A stretch of DNA of 64,000 nucleotides from Microcoleaceae cyanobacterium (lineage in GTDB: Bacteria > Cyanobacteriota > Cyanobacteriia > Cyanobacteriales > Microcoleaceae): positions 1 through 64,000 of the forward strand of contig JBOFUV010000131.1 in the NCBI GenBank assembly GCA_051652765.1, written 5' to 3'. The notes beneath the pieces were generated by a model. The model was not told the origin of the DNA. It saw nothing but the letters and a program-made list of their open reading frames with translations, and did not search any database. Shown one piece after another: positions 1 through 8,675 of this stretch. Position 1 is the first letter of the stretch. The number at the start of each line of letters is the position of its first letter. Both the position numbers and the translations under genes were made by a program.

Positions 1-2
1 AT

Positions 3-1469
3 AATGGTGGGAAAAACAACTCTCTCCAGAACGGTTTGCATCGCTATCAGCCCCATGTTCAGGATTGGAAGTCAGGAGATCCAACCTGGCAAAACGGGGA
101 AGGCAAGGGCATTATTGGAGCCGTTAACTACCTCGCCAGCGAGGAGATGAACAGTATTTACTTCCTGACGAACAACCTCAAAGGTGATGGTCAAGAGGTA
201 TTCCCCTGGACAAATCCGAATGAACGTCTGCGGTTCGATGTCAGTAAGTTAGATCAGTGGGAAGTGGTGTTTAGTCATATGGACAAGCAAGGAATTCAAC
301 TCCATGTGGTGACTCAGGAACAGGAAAATGATCAGGATCTGGATGGCGGTGACCTAGGGGTTACACGAAAACTGTACTACCGGGAATTGGTGTCTCGCTT
401 TGGGCATCACCTGGGAGTGAACTGGAACTTGGGAGAAGAAAACACCAACACCACCCAACAACGCAAGGATTTTGCCAGTTACATTCGTGACCTTGATCCG
501 TATGATCATCAAATCGTGGTGCATTCATATCCAGGTCAACACAAAGTCGTATACAACCCCTTGTTAGGATTTACAGACTTGGATGGCGCTTCCCTCCAGA
601 CTAGCAGCACCAATAGATCCACTCAAAATTGGGTTGACCTATCTGCGGCGGCGGGTCACCCCTGGATTGTAACAGTGGATGAGATTGGGCCACCCAGTGA
701 TGGGGTTAAGCCAGATGCCGTTGATCCTGCTCACGATTCCGTCCGCAAAGATCACCTGTGGGGCAACCTGATGGCAGGCGGAGCAGGGGTAGAATGGTAT
801 TTTGGCTTTGCCTATGAGGACGATGACCTGGATACAGAAAATTGGCGCAGTCGTGATCTGATGTGGGATCAGACCCGCCATGCCCTGGATTTCTTCCAGG
901 ATCATCTGCCGTTCACAGAGATGAAACACATGAATGAGATTACCTCAGTCTCAAACGACTATGTGTTTGCCAAAGCCGGAGAGGTCTATGCAGTCTACCT
1001 GCTCGATGGCGGCACAACCAATATCAATCTGCCGAATGGTAACTATACCGTGCAGTGGTACAACCCTCGTTCCGGGGGCGATTTGCAGCTCGGAACGGTA
1101 ACTGATATTACTGGAGGTGGATCAGTTTCCCTCGGCCAAGCCCCCAGTGAAACCTCTAAAGATTGGGTTGCATTGGTACAGAATAGTGCCGTGAATAGCC
1201 GAACTTCAAGGATAGCCACTCACTTCTCAGACACTCCTAAAAGTGTTCTGCTTGATGACCCTCTGCAAGGAGAGGTTCCATCTGGGGACGGCGATCTATT
1301 AGTGCCGGGGCTGCAAACGGGCATTCTTGGCGGCAACCTGGCAATAACTCTAACTCATGAGAATACGACTTCATCTACAAATCCCCTGCCCATGGAAATC
1401 GATCAGTTAATACCAGGGTTAGGGGCATTGGGAATCGAGGCATCAGGAGAGCAGAATTGGGCCTTCTAG
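3..1469 (+). CDS. 5'-truncated DUF5060/DUF4038-type (apiosidase/GH140-like TIM barrel) protein with collagen-binding-like domain
   Basis: Frame is open from base 3, so the gene starts upstream of the window. Motifs YYRELVSRFGHH, WNLGEEN, DPYDHQIVVH, WGNLMAGGAGVEWYFG and C-terminal YTVQWYNPRSGG...DWVALV are typical of DUF5060/DUF4038 + Collagen_bind_2 proteins. Confidence 0.7.
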   Translation, partial: NGGKNNSLQNGLHRYQPHVQDWKSGDPTWQNGEGKGIIGAVNYLASEEMNSIYFLTNNLKGDGQEVFPWTNPNERLRFDVSKLDQWEVVFSHMDKQGIQLHVVTQEQENDQDLDGGDLGVTRKLYYRELVSRFGHHLGVNWNLGEENTNTTQQRKDFASYIRDLDPYDHQIVVHSYPGQHKVVYNPLLGFTDLDGASLQTSSTNRSTQNWVDLSAAAGHPWIVTVDEIGPPSDGVKPDAVDPAHDSVRKDHLWGNLMAGGAGVEWYFGFAYEDDDLDTENWRSRDLMWDQTRHALDFFQDHLPFTEMKHMNEITSVSNDYVFAKAGEVYAVYLLDGGTTNINLPNGNYTVQWYNPRSGGDLQLGTVTDITGGGSVSLGQAPSETSKDWVALVQNSAVNSRTSRIATHFSDTPKSVLLDDPLQGEVPSGDGDLLVPGLQTGILGGNLAITLTHENTTSSTNPLPMEIDQLIPGLGALGIEASGEQNWAF

Positions 1470-1561
1470 ATTGGTCTTCTAGCTTGGCCTCAAACGTTAT
1501 GGGGTGAAGGAGCAGCGCTTTTATTTGGGGCTTTGTTTCTTTACCCTTTCTTTTTGGATAC

Positions 1562-3049
1562 CTAAGCTTTATTCATGGTTTTACTTATTAAAAGTACTTG
1601 ACTTGCAATCTGTTCTTTAACTTGTAGCTGATTGATTTTTCCTTGAGGATTTCGAGGTAGTTGATCAATACAAATCCAATACTTTGGCAATTTGTATTTG
1701 CTGAGTTTATTCTGAAGCCAATCTTTGAGGAATTCTTCTGAAACTGTAGAATTAATAGGAACATAAACAGCCGTCACAACTTGTCCCCAATCTGCATCTG
1801 GCCAGCCAATGACACAGACATCTTTGACTAGATTTGTAGAGCGAATAACGGACTCTATCTCAGCCGGAAAAACATTTTCCCCACCCGTAATGATTTTCTG
1901 ACTATTCCGTCCAACGATAGTTAAATAACCCTGTAAATCAAAATAACCCAAGTCATCTGTTGAGAATGTTTGTAAGGGTGAAGTTTGTAAAGGTGAATTA
2001 TGGTTGTTCCCTTGATCATAGTAACCCCACATCAGAGAACTCGCTTGAATTGTGATCAATCCTGATTGATGAATTGTGCATTCTTCACCTGTTTCTTGAT
2101 GAATTTTAACGGTCGCATGAGGCAAAACTTGACCCACTGAAAGATGTCCAGAGAGAAAATCTTTTGGTTTTAAAGTAACAATTTGGGATGCTGTTTCAGT
2201 CATGCCATAGGTCGGAGCCAGTTGAATATTCTGTTGTCTGGCTTGGCTCAGCAATTCCGGCCAAGCTGGAGCACCTCCTAAAAGCACCGTATGAAATTGA
2301 GTTAGCCATTGTCTCTGTTCAGCATGGGTTAACAGCCGTTGAAGTTGAGTCGGAACCAAAGAAATAAAAAAATCCGAGAAATTAACGTTAGGAACTTGGC
2401 CTCGTTCTACAGCTTTAAATGGAAAAATCGCCAGTTTTCCATTCGTGATCCAGGAACGAATAAATTGCATTAATCCACTGACATGATAGAGCGGAAGTGT
2501 ACAAAAAGAATGAATCTGCGATCGCCCAAAAAACTGTTGAAATCCGATTACTGAAGCGGTTAAAGTTTCCCAAGTATGAATTACAAATTGGATTTTTCCT
2601 GAGGAACCTCCCGTTGGAATTAGAATCGAACCATGAGGAATGAAGGAGAATGTTGAAGCTTGTAGTGAAGTTTGTAGTGAGTCTGAGCTTGAATCATCGC
2701 CTAAAATCAAGTCTGGTTGAACCTGTTGGAAAACCTGTTTCCACTCAAGTTCAGCCCAGTTAGGATTGCAGAGAAAGACCGGACATTGTTCAACAACTGC
2801 AGCTAGAAAGCAACCTAAAAACTGTTCGGGCTCTGTTGCGATCAACAGAATTTTAGGCTGGAAATCATCTATGGTTGTACAGTCTTTAAATTTGCGGGAT
2901 TTAGGTTCAAAATCTCTAACCTTGAAATCTTGAATGATCTGAGTTTGTTGCTGAAATGTACAAATAACTTTTTGTAAACAACACCCAATTAACGACTCAG
3001 TTGATCCCTTTTCTAACCGCTTAAGAATTTCACCCGATACCGACTTCAT
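1562..3049 (-). CDS. menE: 2-succinylbenzoate-CoA ligase
   Basis: AMP-binding motifs PTGGSSGK, TYGMTET, TDDLGY, IITGGENVFPAEIE, LPRNPQGK. Start MKSVSG at 3049 preferred; the ORF extends to 3121. Confidence 0.85.
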   Translation of the reverse strand: MKSVSGEILKRLEKGSTESLIGCCLQKVICTFQQQTQIIQDFKVRDFEPKSRKFKDCTTIDDFQPKILLIATEPEQFLGCFLAAVVEQCPVFLCNPNWAELEWKQVFQQVQPDLILGDDSSSDSLQTSLQASTFSFIPHGSILIPTGGSSGKIQFVIHTWETLTASVIGFQQFFGRSQIHSFCTLPLYHVSGLMQFIRSWITNGKLAIFPFKAVERGQVPNVNFSDFFISLVPTQLQRLLTHAEQRQWLTQFHTVLLGGAPAWPELLSQARQQNIQLAPTYGMTETASQIVTLKPKDFLSGHLSVGQVLPHATVKIHQETGEECTIHQSGLITIQASSLMWGYYDQGNNHNSPLQTSPLQTFSTDDLGYFDLQGYLTIVGRNSQKIITGGENVFPAEIESVIRSTNLVKDVCVIGWPDADWGQVVTAVYVPINSTVSEEFLKDWLQNKLSKYKLPKYWICIDQLPRNPQGKINQLQVKEQIASQVLLISKTMNKA

Positions 3050-3180
3050 AGAGATCTCCCTCGCGATCGCAGGTAGAATGCCCGCACTACAACTTAAATC
3101 AAGCTGCCACATGTAAAACACTAGGTCAACCTAGACTACCCATAGGGCAACCCAAGTGATGGATGCAAAGCTTGCCGAAC

Positions 3181-3210
3181 AGGCTTCTGGCCTGCGCGGG
3201 CAAGATACCT
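3181..3210 (+). repeat. Short dispersed repeat, copy 1 (aggcttctggcctgcgcgggcaagat)
   Basis: Matches 10818-10843 at 23 of 26 nt. Confidence 0.6.
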
Positions 3211-3262
3211 ACACCACGTTTACAATTCAAACAGGTTTTCTACAGCAACAACGACAAGAAAT

Positions 3263-4387
3263 TTATTGTGCTGCAATAACTTCTTCAGCAAGCCCAAAAG
3301 AAAGAGTCATTCCAGCTCCGCTTAAGCCATTAACAATTGTAACTCCAGGTTCCGGAGAAGTTACAAACTCAGTTTTGCCGGGAAGTTTAGCATAAATTCC
3401 ATGCCAGGTTTCGGCTATTTCAAAGGAGGGAAGCTGAACAAATTCTTTGAGATAATTCAGGATATATTGATTTAGCTCAGCTCGATCAAATGGGTCAGGA
3501 TTTAAGCCATATTCATGGGAATCTCCAATGGTTAATTCACCCTCTGAATTTTGTGATACCATCACATGAATTCCCCACTCTGGAAACCAAGGAGTTTCAG
3601 CTTGAATTCTGGTTTTCAATGCCTCTAAAGAAGAACATCCTGCGAAGGAAGCATAATGAGTTAAAGTCAATCCTCCACAGAGTGCTGCTCCAATCCGAAA
3701 TTGATCAGGCTGAGGTACTGTCCGCATCATTTGCAGCTTGACTTTTGTAATGTTACTATCTGCATAAATTTCAGGATAAAGTGTTTCAAAGTCAGCCCCG
3801 CTGCACACAAAAATTTGATTAGCTGTCCAAATTTCTCGACCTACCATTAACTTAGGAAAAGCAATCTCAGTAACAACTGTACCAAACTGAAATTCAACCT
3901 GATATTCACGGAATAAAAAGCCAGGAATTTTACAAATTGCCTCCCTCGGATCAACAATCACTTCCGTAGAACTCCAGAGCGATTCTAATAATCCTTCCGG
4001 TCGAACCGCAGGGCTTTTTTGCAAGGTCTCCTCAGGAGTGATCAGAGCAACTGTTGCAGCAGCTTGCCCAACAGTTGAAACAAACTCTTCCAAAACCATC
4101 CTTTCATCTTCATGATAGGCAACATGGAGAGAACCGCAAGGATCGGTGTGAAATCCAGCTTTTACACCCGTTTCCAACCAGATTTCGCGGGATCTCAGGG
4201 CGCGATCGCGCAGATATCCAAAGGGCTGACCCACAGGCCATACCATCCCAAAGTTACGAATTGAAGCTCCAACTGATTGAGGATGACGTTCAAAAACAGT
4301 GACGTTTAACCCTTGTTTGGCTGCCGCTAAAGCATGGGCAAGTCCGACAATTCCTGCTCCAATAATTGCAACGTCTGTGTGTTTCAT
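3263..4387 (-). CDS. FAD-dependent oxidoreductase, TIGR03364/HpnW-like (DAO fold; candidate aminophosphonate amine oxidoreductase)
   Basis: IIGAGIVG Rossmann motif, GASIRNFGMVWP, KLQMMRT, GLTLTHY, IGDSHEY, SGAGMTLSFGLAEE. Overlaps the HAD gene by 4 bp. Confidence 0.85.
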   Translation of the reverse strand: MKHTDVAIIGAGIVGLAHALAAAKQGLNVTVFERHPQSVGASIRNFGMVWPVGQPFGYLRDRALRSREIWLETGVKAGFHTDPCGSLHVAYHEDERMVLEEFVSTVGQAAATVALITPEETLQKSPAVRPEGLLESLWSSTEVIVDPREAICKIPGFLFREYQVEFQFGTVVTEIAFPKLMVGREIWTANQIFVCSGADFETLYPEIYADSNITKVKLQMMRTVPQPDQFRIGAALCGGLTLTHYASFAGCSSLEALKTRIQAETPWFPEWGIHVMVSQNSEGELTIGDSHEYGLNPDPFDRAELNQYILNYLKEFVQLPSFEIAETWHGIYAKLPGKTEFVTSPEPGVTIVNGLSGAGMTLSFGLAEEVIAAQ

Positions 4388-5109
4388 AGATTCTCTATTT
4401 GATTTCTTAATTCAAGGATTGAACTGAGTAATCCATCATTCGGATATTGTTCTAGTTGGTCTCGTGCATGAGTCCCGTTTGTTACGCCCAAAGACAAACA
4501 ACAGCCTGCGTTAGTTCCTGCTTCAATATCAGAAGGAGTATCTCCAACCGTTACAACTTTTCGAGGATCTTTGATTCCCAATTTATACATCGCTTTTTGA
4601 ATCATATAGGGAGCAGGACGACCCTCATTATGATAAATTTCAGAAGGAGTTACTGATACTTGAATCATGGAAGTATCTGTACCGATGTAGTTCCGATCTA
4701 ATCCTTGATTCCAGCCCAAACGCGCTAGGATAATATCAGTAACTTCTCGGTAAAACCCTGTATTTAAACCAATTTTAATACCTTGAGATTTCAGCCATTG
4801 AAAAAGCTCTAAGCAGTTTTCAGTTGGCTCTACAGGCTGAGTCTGATAATGAGTTTCCAGAACTTCCTTAAAGTCACGATAAGAAGTTTCAACTCGGTCA
4901 AGATAATCGAGATGATCCTGACCGAGTTGTTCAGCCCAAAGGGTCTGAAATACCAACTTTTTTGTCCAACCCATCATTCTAATAATTTTCTCTGGAGCGG
5001 CTTGCAATCCAGTCCGTTCTGCAGCTTGAAAAAAACAGTCTTGAACCTCATTTTTGTCCTTGACCGTTGTTCCAGCCATATCAAACACAATCAGTTGGAT
5101 CTTGGACAT
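4384..5109 (-). CDS. Phosphonatase-like HAD hydrolase (TIGR03351/PhnX-like)
   Basis: FDMAGT motif I, cap MGWTK (position of the phosphonatase Schiff-base Lys), LNTGF, GRPAPYM, VGDTPSD...GxNAG. Start MSKIQ at 5109. Confidence 0.85.
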   Translation of the reverse strand: MSKIQLIVFDMAGTTVKDKNEVQDCFFQAAERTGLQAAPEKIIRMMGWTKKLVFQTLWAEQLGQDHLDYLDRVETSYRDFKEVLETHYQTQPVEPTENCLELFQWLKSQGIKIGLNTGFYREVTDIILARLGWNQGLDRNYIGTDTSMIQVSVTPSEIYHNEGRPAPYMIQKAMYKLGIKDPRKVVTVGDTPSDIEAGTNAGCCLSLGVTNGTHARDQLEQYPNDGLLSSILELRNQIENL

Positions 5110-5276
5110 CGTAAATAATACCAATAATTGTAGAAACACTCATTTCGGCAATATGCTATCACATCTTTTGCAGAGAACACAATCAAGTTTCAAGGGGAAA
5201 TCTTAAGAAAAATTAAACGTAGATCTTGACATTTTGAGTTCACTAACAGGTCATCTCTGCATTACGCATTTACAAG

Positions 5277-5341
5277 TTTACAACTTAACTTTATAACTTA
5301 ATTTTACAACTTAACTTTATAACTTAATTCTATAATCTAAT
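5277..5341. repeat. 13-bp tandem repeat (TTTAYAACTTAAY x4 plus one degenerate unit)
   Basis: TTTACAACTTAAC/TTTATAACTTAAT repeated twice, then TCTATAATCTAAT. Confidence 0.85.
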
Positions 5342-5536
5342 TTAATAGTTTAAGTCTTTATAACAATCAGTAATGGTTGATGAGATGTCTGTGCAAGCAA
5401 GATATCACTCCATGACATGTGGCAAGTCAGATCGCTACAGTTCAAATCTAACTACTACAATCAGTTTAACTGAATCGCCAATTTTTTTAAGATAGATGGA
5501 GAGCCTCAAGCAAGACCTAAAGATTGCCTCATAGAA

Positions 5537-5591
5537 TGTAAGTTTTTCTTAAGATAAGAATAACCTTTTCTTAAACTCAGGGTGATAGAGT
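5537..5591 (+). promoter_or_regulatory. Putative Pho box (SphR/PhoB) plus extended -10 for the phosphonate ABC operon
   Basis: 11-bp-spaced units TGTAAGTT (5537), CTTAAGAT (5548), AATAACCT (5559), CTTAAACT (5570), then TGnTAGAGT at 5583-5591. Resembles the cyanobacterial CTTAACCT consensus. Confidence 0.6.
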
Positions 5592-5766
5592 ACACGACAA
5601 TTAATGTATTAATGTCCTTAGCTCTAGCTTAATTTTAGACAAGAATCTTAAATTTTTAAGCTTTCAGACTGAAGTCATGTTATGGGTTTAAGTACATAGT
5701 TTAAGGGGATGAATTAGTTCAGCTTTCATCGCCTGTTTCTCTAGCTTCTGTTATCTAAATTACCCT

Positions 5767-6915
5767 ATGTCTAAGTATCAAACTCGAAGAAATTTCATCC
5801 TCGCCTCTTTAGCCAGCTTTACATCTGTGATTGTTGCTTCCTGTTCTGGTGGTGGATCTAATTCAGGCGGAGGCTCAACTCAGTCTACTCCAACCGGAAG
5901 CGCTCCTACAAACACAGAAGCAACTACTGCTGATACAACTACTGCTAATGCCAGCGGAGCAGCAGATACAATCACTGTTTATACTGCTTTAGAAGATGAT
6001 CAAATCAAGGCGTATCTATCTTTATTTAAGGAAGCTCATCCTGATATTAAAGTTAATATCGTGCGGGATTCAACAGGAATTATCACAGCAAAGTTGCTAG
6101 CTGAAAAAGACAATCCTCAAGCAGATGTGGTGTGGGGATTAGCTGCTTCTAGCCTTTTAGTTGCAGATCAGCAAGGACTTTTAGAACCTTTTGCCCCAGC
6201 AGGTTTAGATAAAGTTCAACCTAAATTCAGAGATGATCGAGAGCCGCCTCACTGGGTTGGAATTGATGCCTGGATGTCTGCATTTTGTGTCAATACTGTT
6301 GAAATGGAGAATAGAGGATTACCAATTCCTCAATCCTGGGAAGATTTAACTAAGCCGGAATATAAAGGCTTAATTGTGATGTCTAATCCAGCTTCTTCTG
6401 GCACAGGATTTCTATCGGTTTCAGCACTTTTACAAATGAAGGGTGAAGAAGAAGGCTGGAAATATCTGGATGCTTTGAATGAGAATATTGCTCAGTATAT
6501 GCATTCTGGATCAAAGCCTTGTAAAGCGGCTGGAACTGGAGAATACCCCATTGGAATTTCCTTTGATTATCGTGCTGTAAAACAGAAAAATGAGGGAGAG
6601 CCGATTGCAGCAGTTTTCCCAACTGAGGGTTCAGGCTGGGATATTGAAGCGAATGCTTTAGTGAGGAAAGCAGAGATTAAACCTGCGGCCAAAACCTTCT
6701 TGGATTGGGCAATTACTCCTGAAGTTTCTGAGAAGTATGCTGAAAACTTTGGGATTACAGCAGTTTCAACAAATGTTCCTGTTCCTGAAGGTTTCCCGGC
6801 TGATCCAACGGCTCAACTTGCTAAGAATGATTTCAATTGGGCGGCTGAGAATCGGGATGCAATTTTAGAGGAGTGGACAAAACGTTACGACTCCAAATCC
6901 GAACCTAAGAGTTAA
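5767..6915 (+). CDS. aepX: Putative 2-aminoethylphosphonate ABC transporter substrate-binding lipoprotein (AepX/PhnS2 type)
   Basis: Tat-like TRRNF, lipobox [63 protein letters not shown]. Confidence 0.85.
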   Translation: MSKYQTRRNFILASLASFTSVIVASCSGGGSNSGGGSTQSTPTGSAPTNTEATTADTTTANASGAADTITVYTALEDDQIKAYLSLFKEAHPDIKVNIVRDSTGIITAKLLAEKDNPQADVVWGLAASSLLVADQQGLLEPFAPAGLDKVQPKFRDDREPPHWVGIDAWMSAFCVNTVEMENRGLPIPQSWEDLTKPEYKGLIVMSNPASSGTGFLSVSALLQMKGEEEGWKYLDALNENIAQYMHSGSKPCKAAGTGEYPIGISFDYRAVKQKNEGEPIAAVFPTEGSGWDIEANALVRKAEIKPAAKTFLDWAITPEVSEKYAENFGITAVSTNVPVPEGFPADPTAQLAKNDFNWAAENRDAILEEWTKRYDSKSEPKS

Positions 6916-6927
6916 TTTCCATGACTG

Positions 6928-6951
6928 AAGGCGCTTCTGAGAAGCGCCTTT
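6928..6951 (+). terminator. Intercistronic stem-loop after the binding-protein gene
   Basis: Perfect inverted repeat AAGGCGCTTCT-G-AGAAGCGCCTT; weak terminator or mRNA stabiliser. Confidence 0.6.
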
Positions 6952-7050
6952 GATACTTCAAATTAATAGCTCTAGCAGTATTCTGATCGATAATCTATAC
7001 CGACCAATTAAAGGGTTCAAGACTTATAGGAGAAAAATAGGAGAAACATA

Positions 7051-8262
7051 GTGACTTACTCTTCTGAACAACCGGTTAAGACCGCTCGACAACAAGCTCA
7101 TCATGGTTATTCAACTTCAGATCGCTTCACTCAATCCCCGAATGAGTCTATTGGATCAAGCTTAGGAGAGCCTTATCTACAAATTGAAGGAGTTAACAAA
7201 TCCTTTGGTAATTTTGTTGCTTTACGGGAGATTTATCTCAATGTTTATCCCAGTGAATTTGTCTGTTTACTCGGGCCGAGTGGCTGTGGAAAGACAACAC
7301 TATTGCGAATTATTGCTGGGCTAGAACAACAAACAAGTGGTCGCGTGATTCAAGCTGGAAAAGATGTTTCACAATTACCCCCTTCTAAACGAGATTTTGG
7401 AATTGTATTTCAGTCCTATGCTTTGTTTCCAAACTTAACGGTTGAACAAAACATTGGTTATGGCTTGCAAAATGAAGGGCGACCCAAACAAGAAATTCAG
7501 GCAAAAGTTAGTGAGCTAATTAGCCTGGTTGGACTTGAGGGAAATTCCCATAAATTTCCCTCTCAAATGTCTGGTGGACAGCAACAACGAGTTGCTTTAG
7601 CACGGGCATTGGCTCAATCTCCTGGACTTTTACTATTAGATGAACCGCTGTCAGCTTTAGATGCCAAAGTCAGGGAAAAACTCCGCACTGAAATCACTCA
7701 ATTACAGAAGCGTTTGGGAATCACAACCGTTATGGTTACCCATGATCAGGCAGAAGCTTTATCCATGGCGGATCGAGTCGTAGTGATGGACAAAGGATAT
7801 ATTGCCCAGGTCGGAACACCCCACAATGTTTATCAAGAACCCAATACTCCCTTTGTTGCTAATTTTATTGGGGTGATGAATTTCCTTAAGGGAACTGTAA
7901 TTTCCTCAGATCAGGTTCGTTGTGGCAATGTTGTACTTAATGTAAGCCCTCGAGTTTTACAAGAAATTAATAGCACCGTGAACATTGCTGTGCGTCCGGA
8001 AGATATTAAACTTTTGGGGGAAGTTGATACTGTTAATTCACAACAATTGAATCTACCCAATGTCTTGATAGTCAACGTTGACAGTACTGAGTTTTTGGGA
8101 TCAAGCTACTTAATTGTTGTGAGTCCAGAAGGAGATTCTAAAGATAAAATCTCAGTGAATATTCCCATTGAAATAGCAAGACAACTCAGTCTAAATTCCC
8201 TCGATTGTTGTTTGGCAGTCCAACTTCCTCCTGAGTTGATCAAGGTTTTTCCAAACAATTAG
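7051..8262 (+). CDS. Putative 2-aminoethylphosphonate ABC transporter ATP-binding protein (PhnT2 type)
   Basis: [38 protein letters not shown]-terminal TOBE-like region; AGGAGA RBS upstream of the GTG start. Confidence 0.85.
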   Translation: MTYSSEQPVKTARQQAHHGYSTSDRFTQSPNESIGSSLGEPYLQIEGVNKSFGNFVALREIYLNVYPSEFVCLLGPSGCGKTTLLRIIAGLEQQTSGRVIQAGKDVSQLPPSKRDFGIVFQSYALFPNLTVEQNIGYGLQNEGRPKQEIQAKVSELISLVGLEGNSHKFPSQMSGGQQQRVALARALAQSPGLLLLDEPLSALDAKVREKLRTEITQLQKRLGITTVMVTHDQAEALSMADRVVVMDKGYIAQVGTPHNVYQEPNTPFVANFIGVMNFLKGTVISSDQVRCGNVVLNVSPRVLQEINSTVNIAVRPEDIKLLGEVDTVNSQQLNLPNVLIVNVDSTEFLGSSYLIVVSPEGDSKDKISVNIPIEIARQLSLNSLDCCLAVQLPPELIKVFPNN

Positions 8263-8611
8263 TTAACAGCCAGTTAATTTAATTCTTCTAGATAGGTTAT
8301 GAGTTTTCTATAGAATGGGTTAGCGCAATACATCTGAGTTACATTAAGCATTCTCTAAAGAGTTTTTGTAAATCAAGTGAGTTGTTCTTGCCGAAAGTAT
8401 CTGGAGATTGGTTCATAGCATTTGTGACAATTTCTAGGATAATTTCTCCTATCTCTCTCTAAAGAATAAAAGTTAAATGACTTCTTGAACTTACCTGAAC
8501 TTTATGGGTTAGGAGTCTTGCCTGATTGAATTTTATGAATCAGCCATTTCATTAGATTCAATCCTCCGCGAACTGCTCTAACCCCCACACTTCTGTTATA
8601 TCAGGAATTAC

Positions 8612-8675
8612 TTAGAAAAAAGTGTTTAGAAAAAGTGTTTAGAAATAAACTGTTTAGAAAGAAATATTTAAGAAA
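8612..8675. repeat. Imperfect 13-15 bp tandem repeat (TTAGAAAAAGTGT-like) just upstream of the permease
   Basis: ttagaaaaaagtgt ttagaaaaagtgt ttagaaataaactgt ttagaaagaaata. Confidence 0.7.

Noticed and set aside
5277..5341. Tandem repeats (also 18221 and 62971) as CRISPR arrays
   Set aside because: Units are 12-15 bp and directly adjacent, with no unique spacers and no cas genes.
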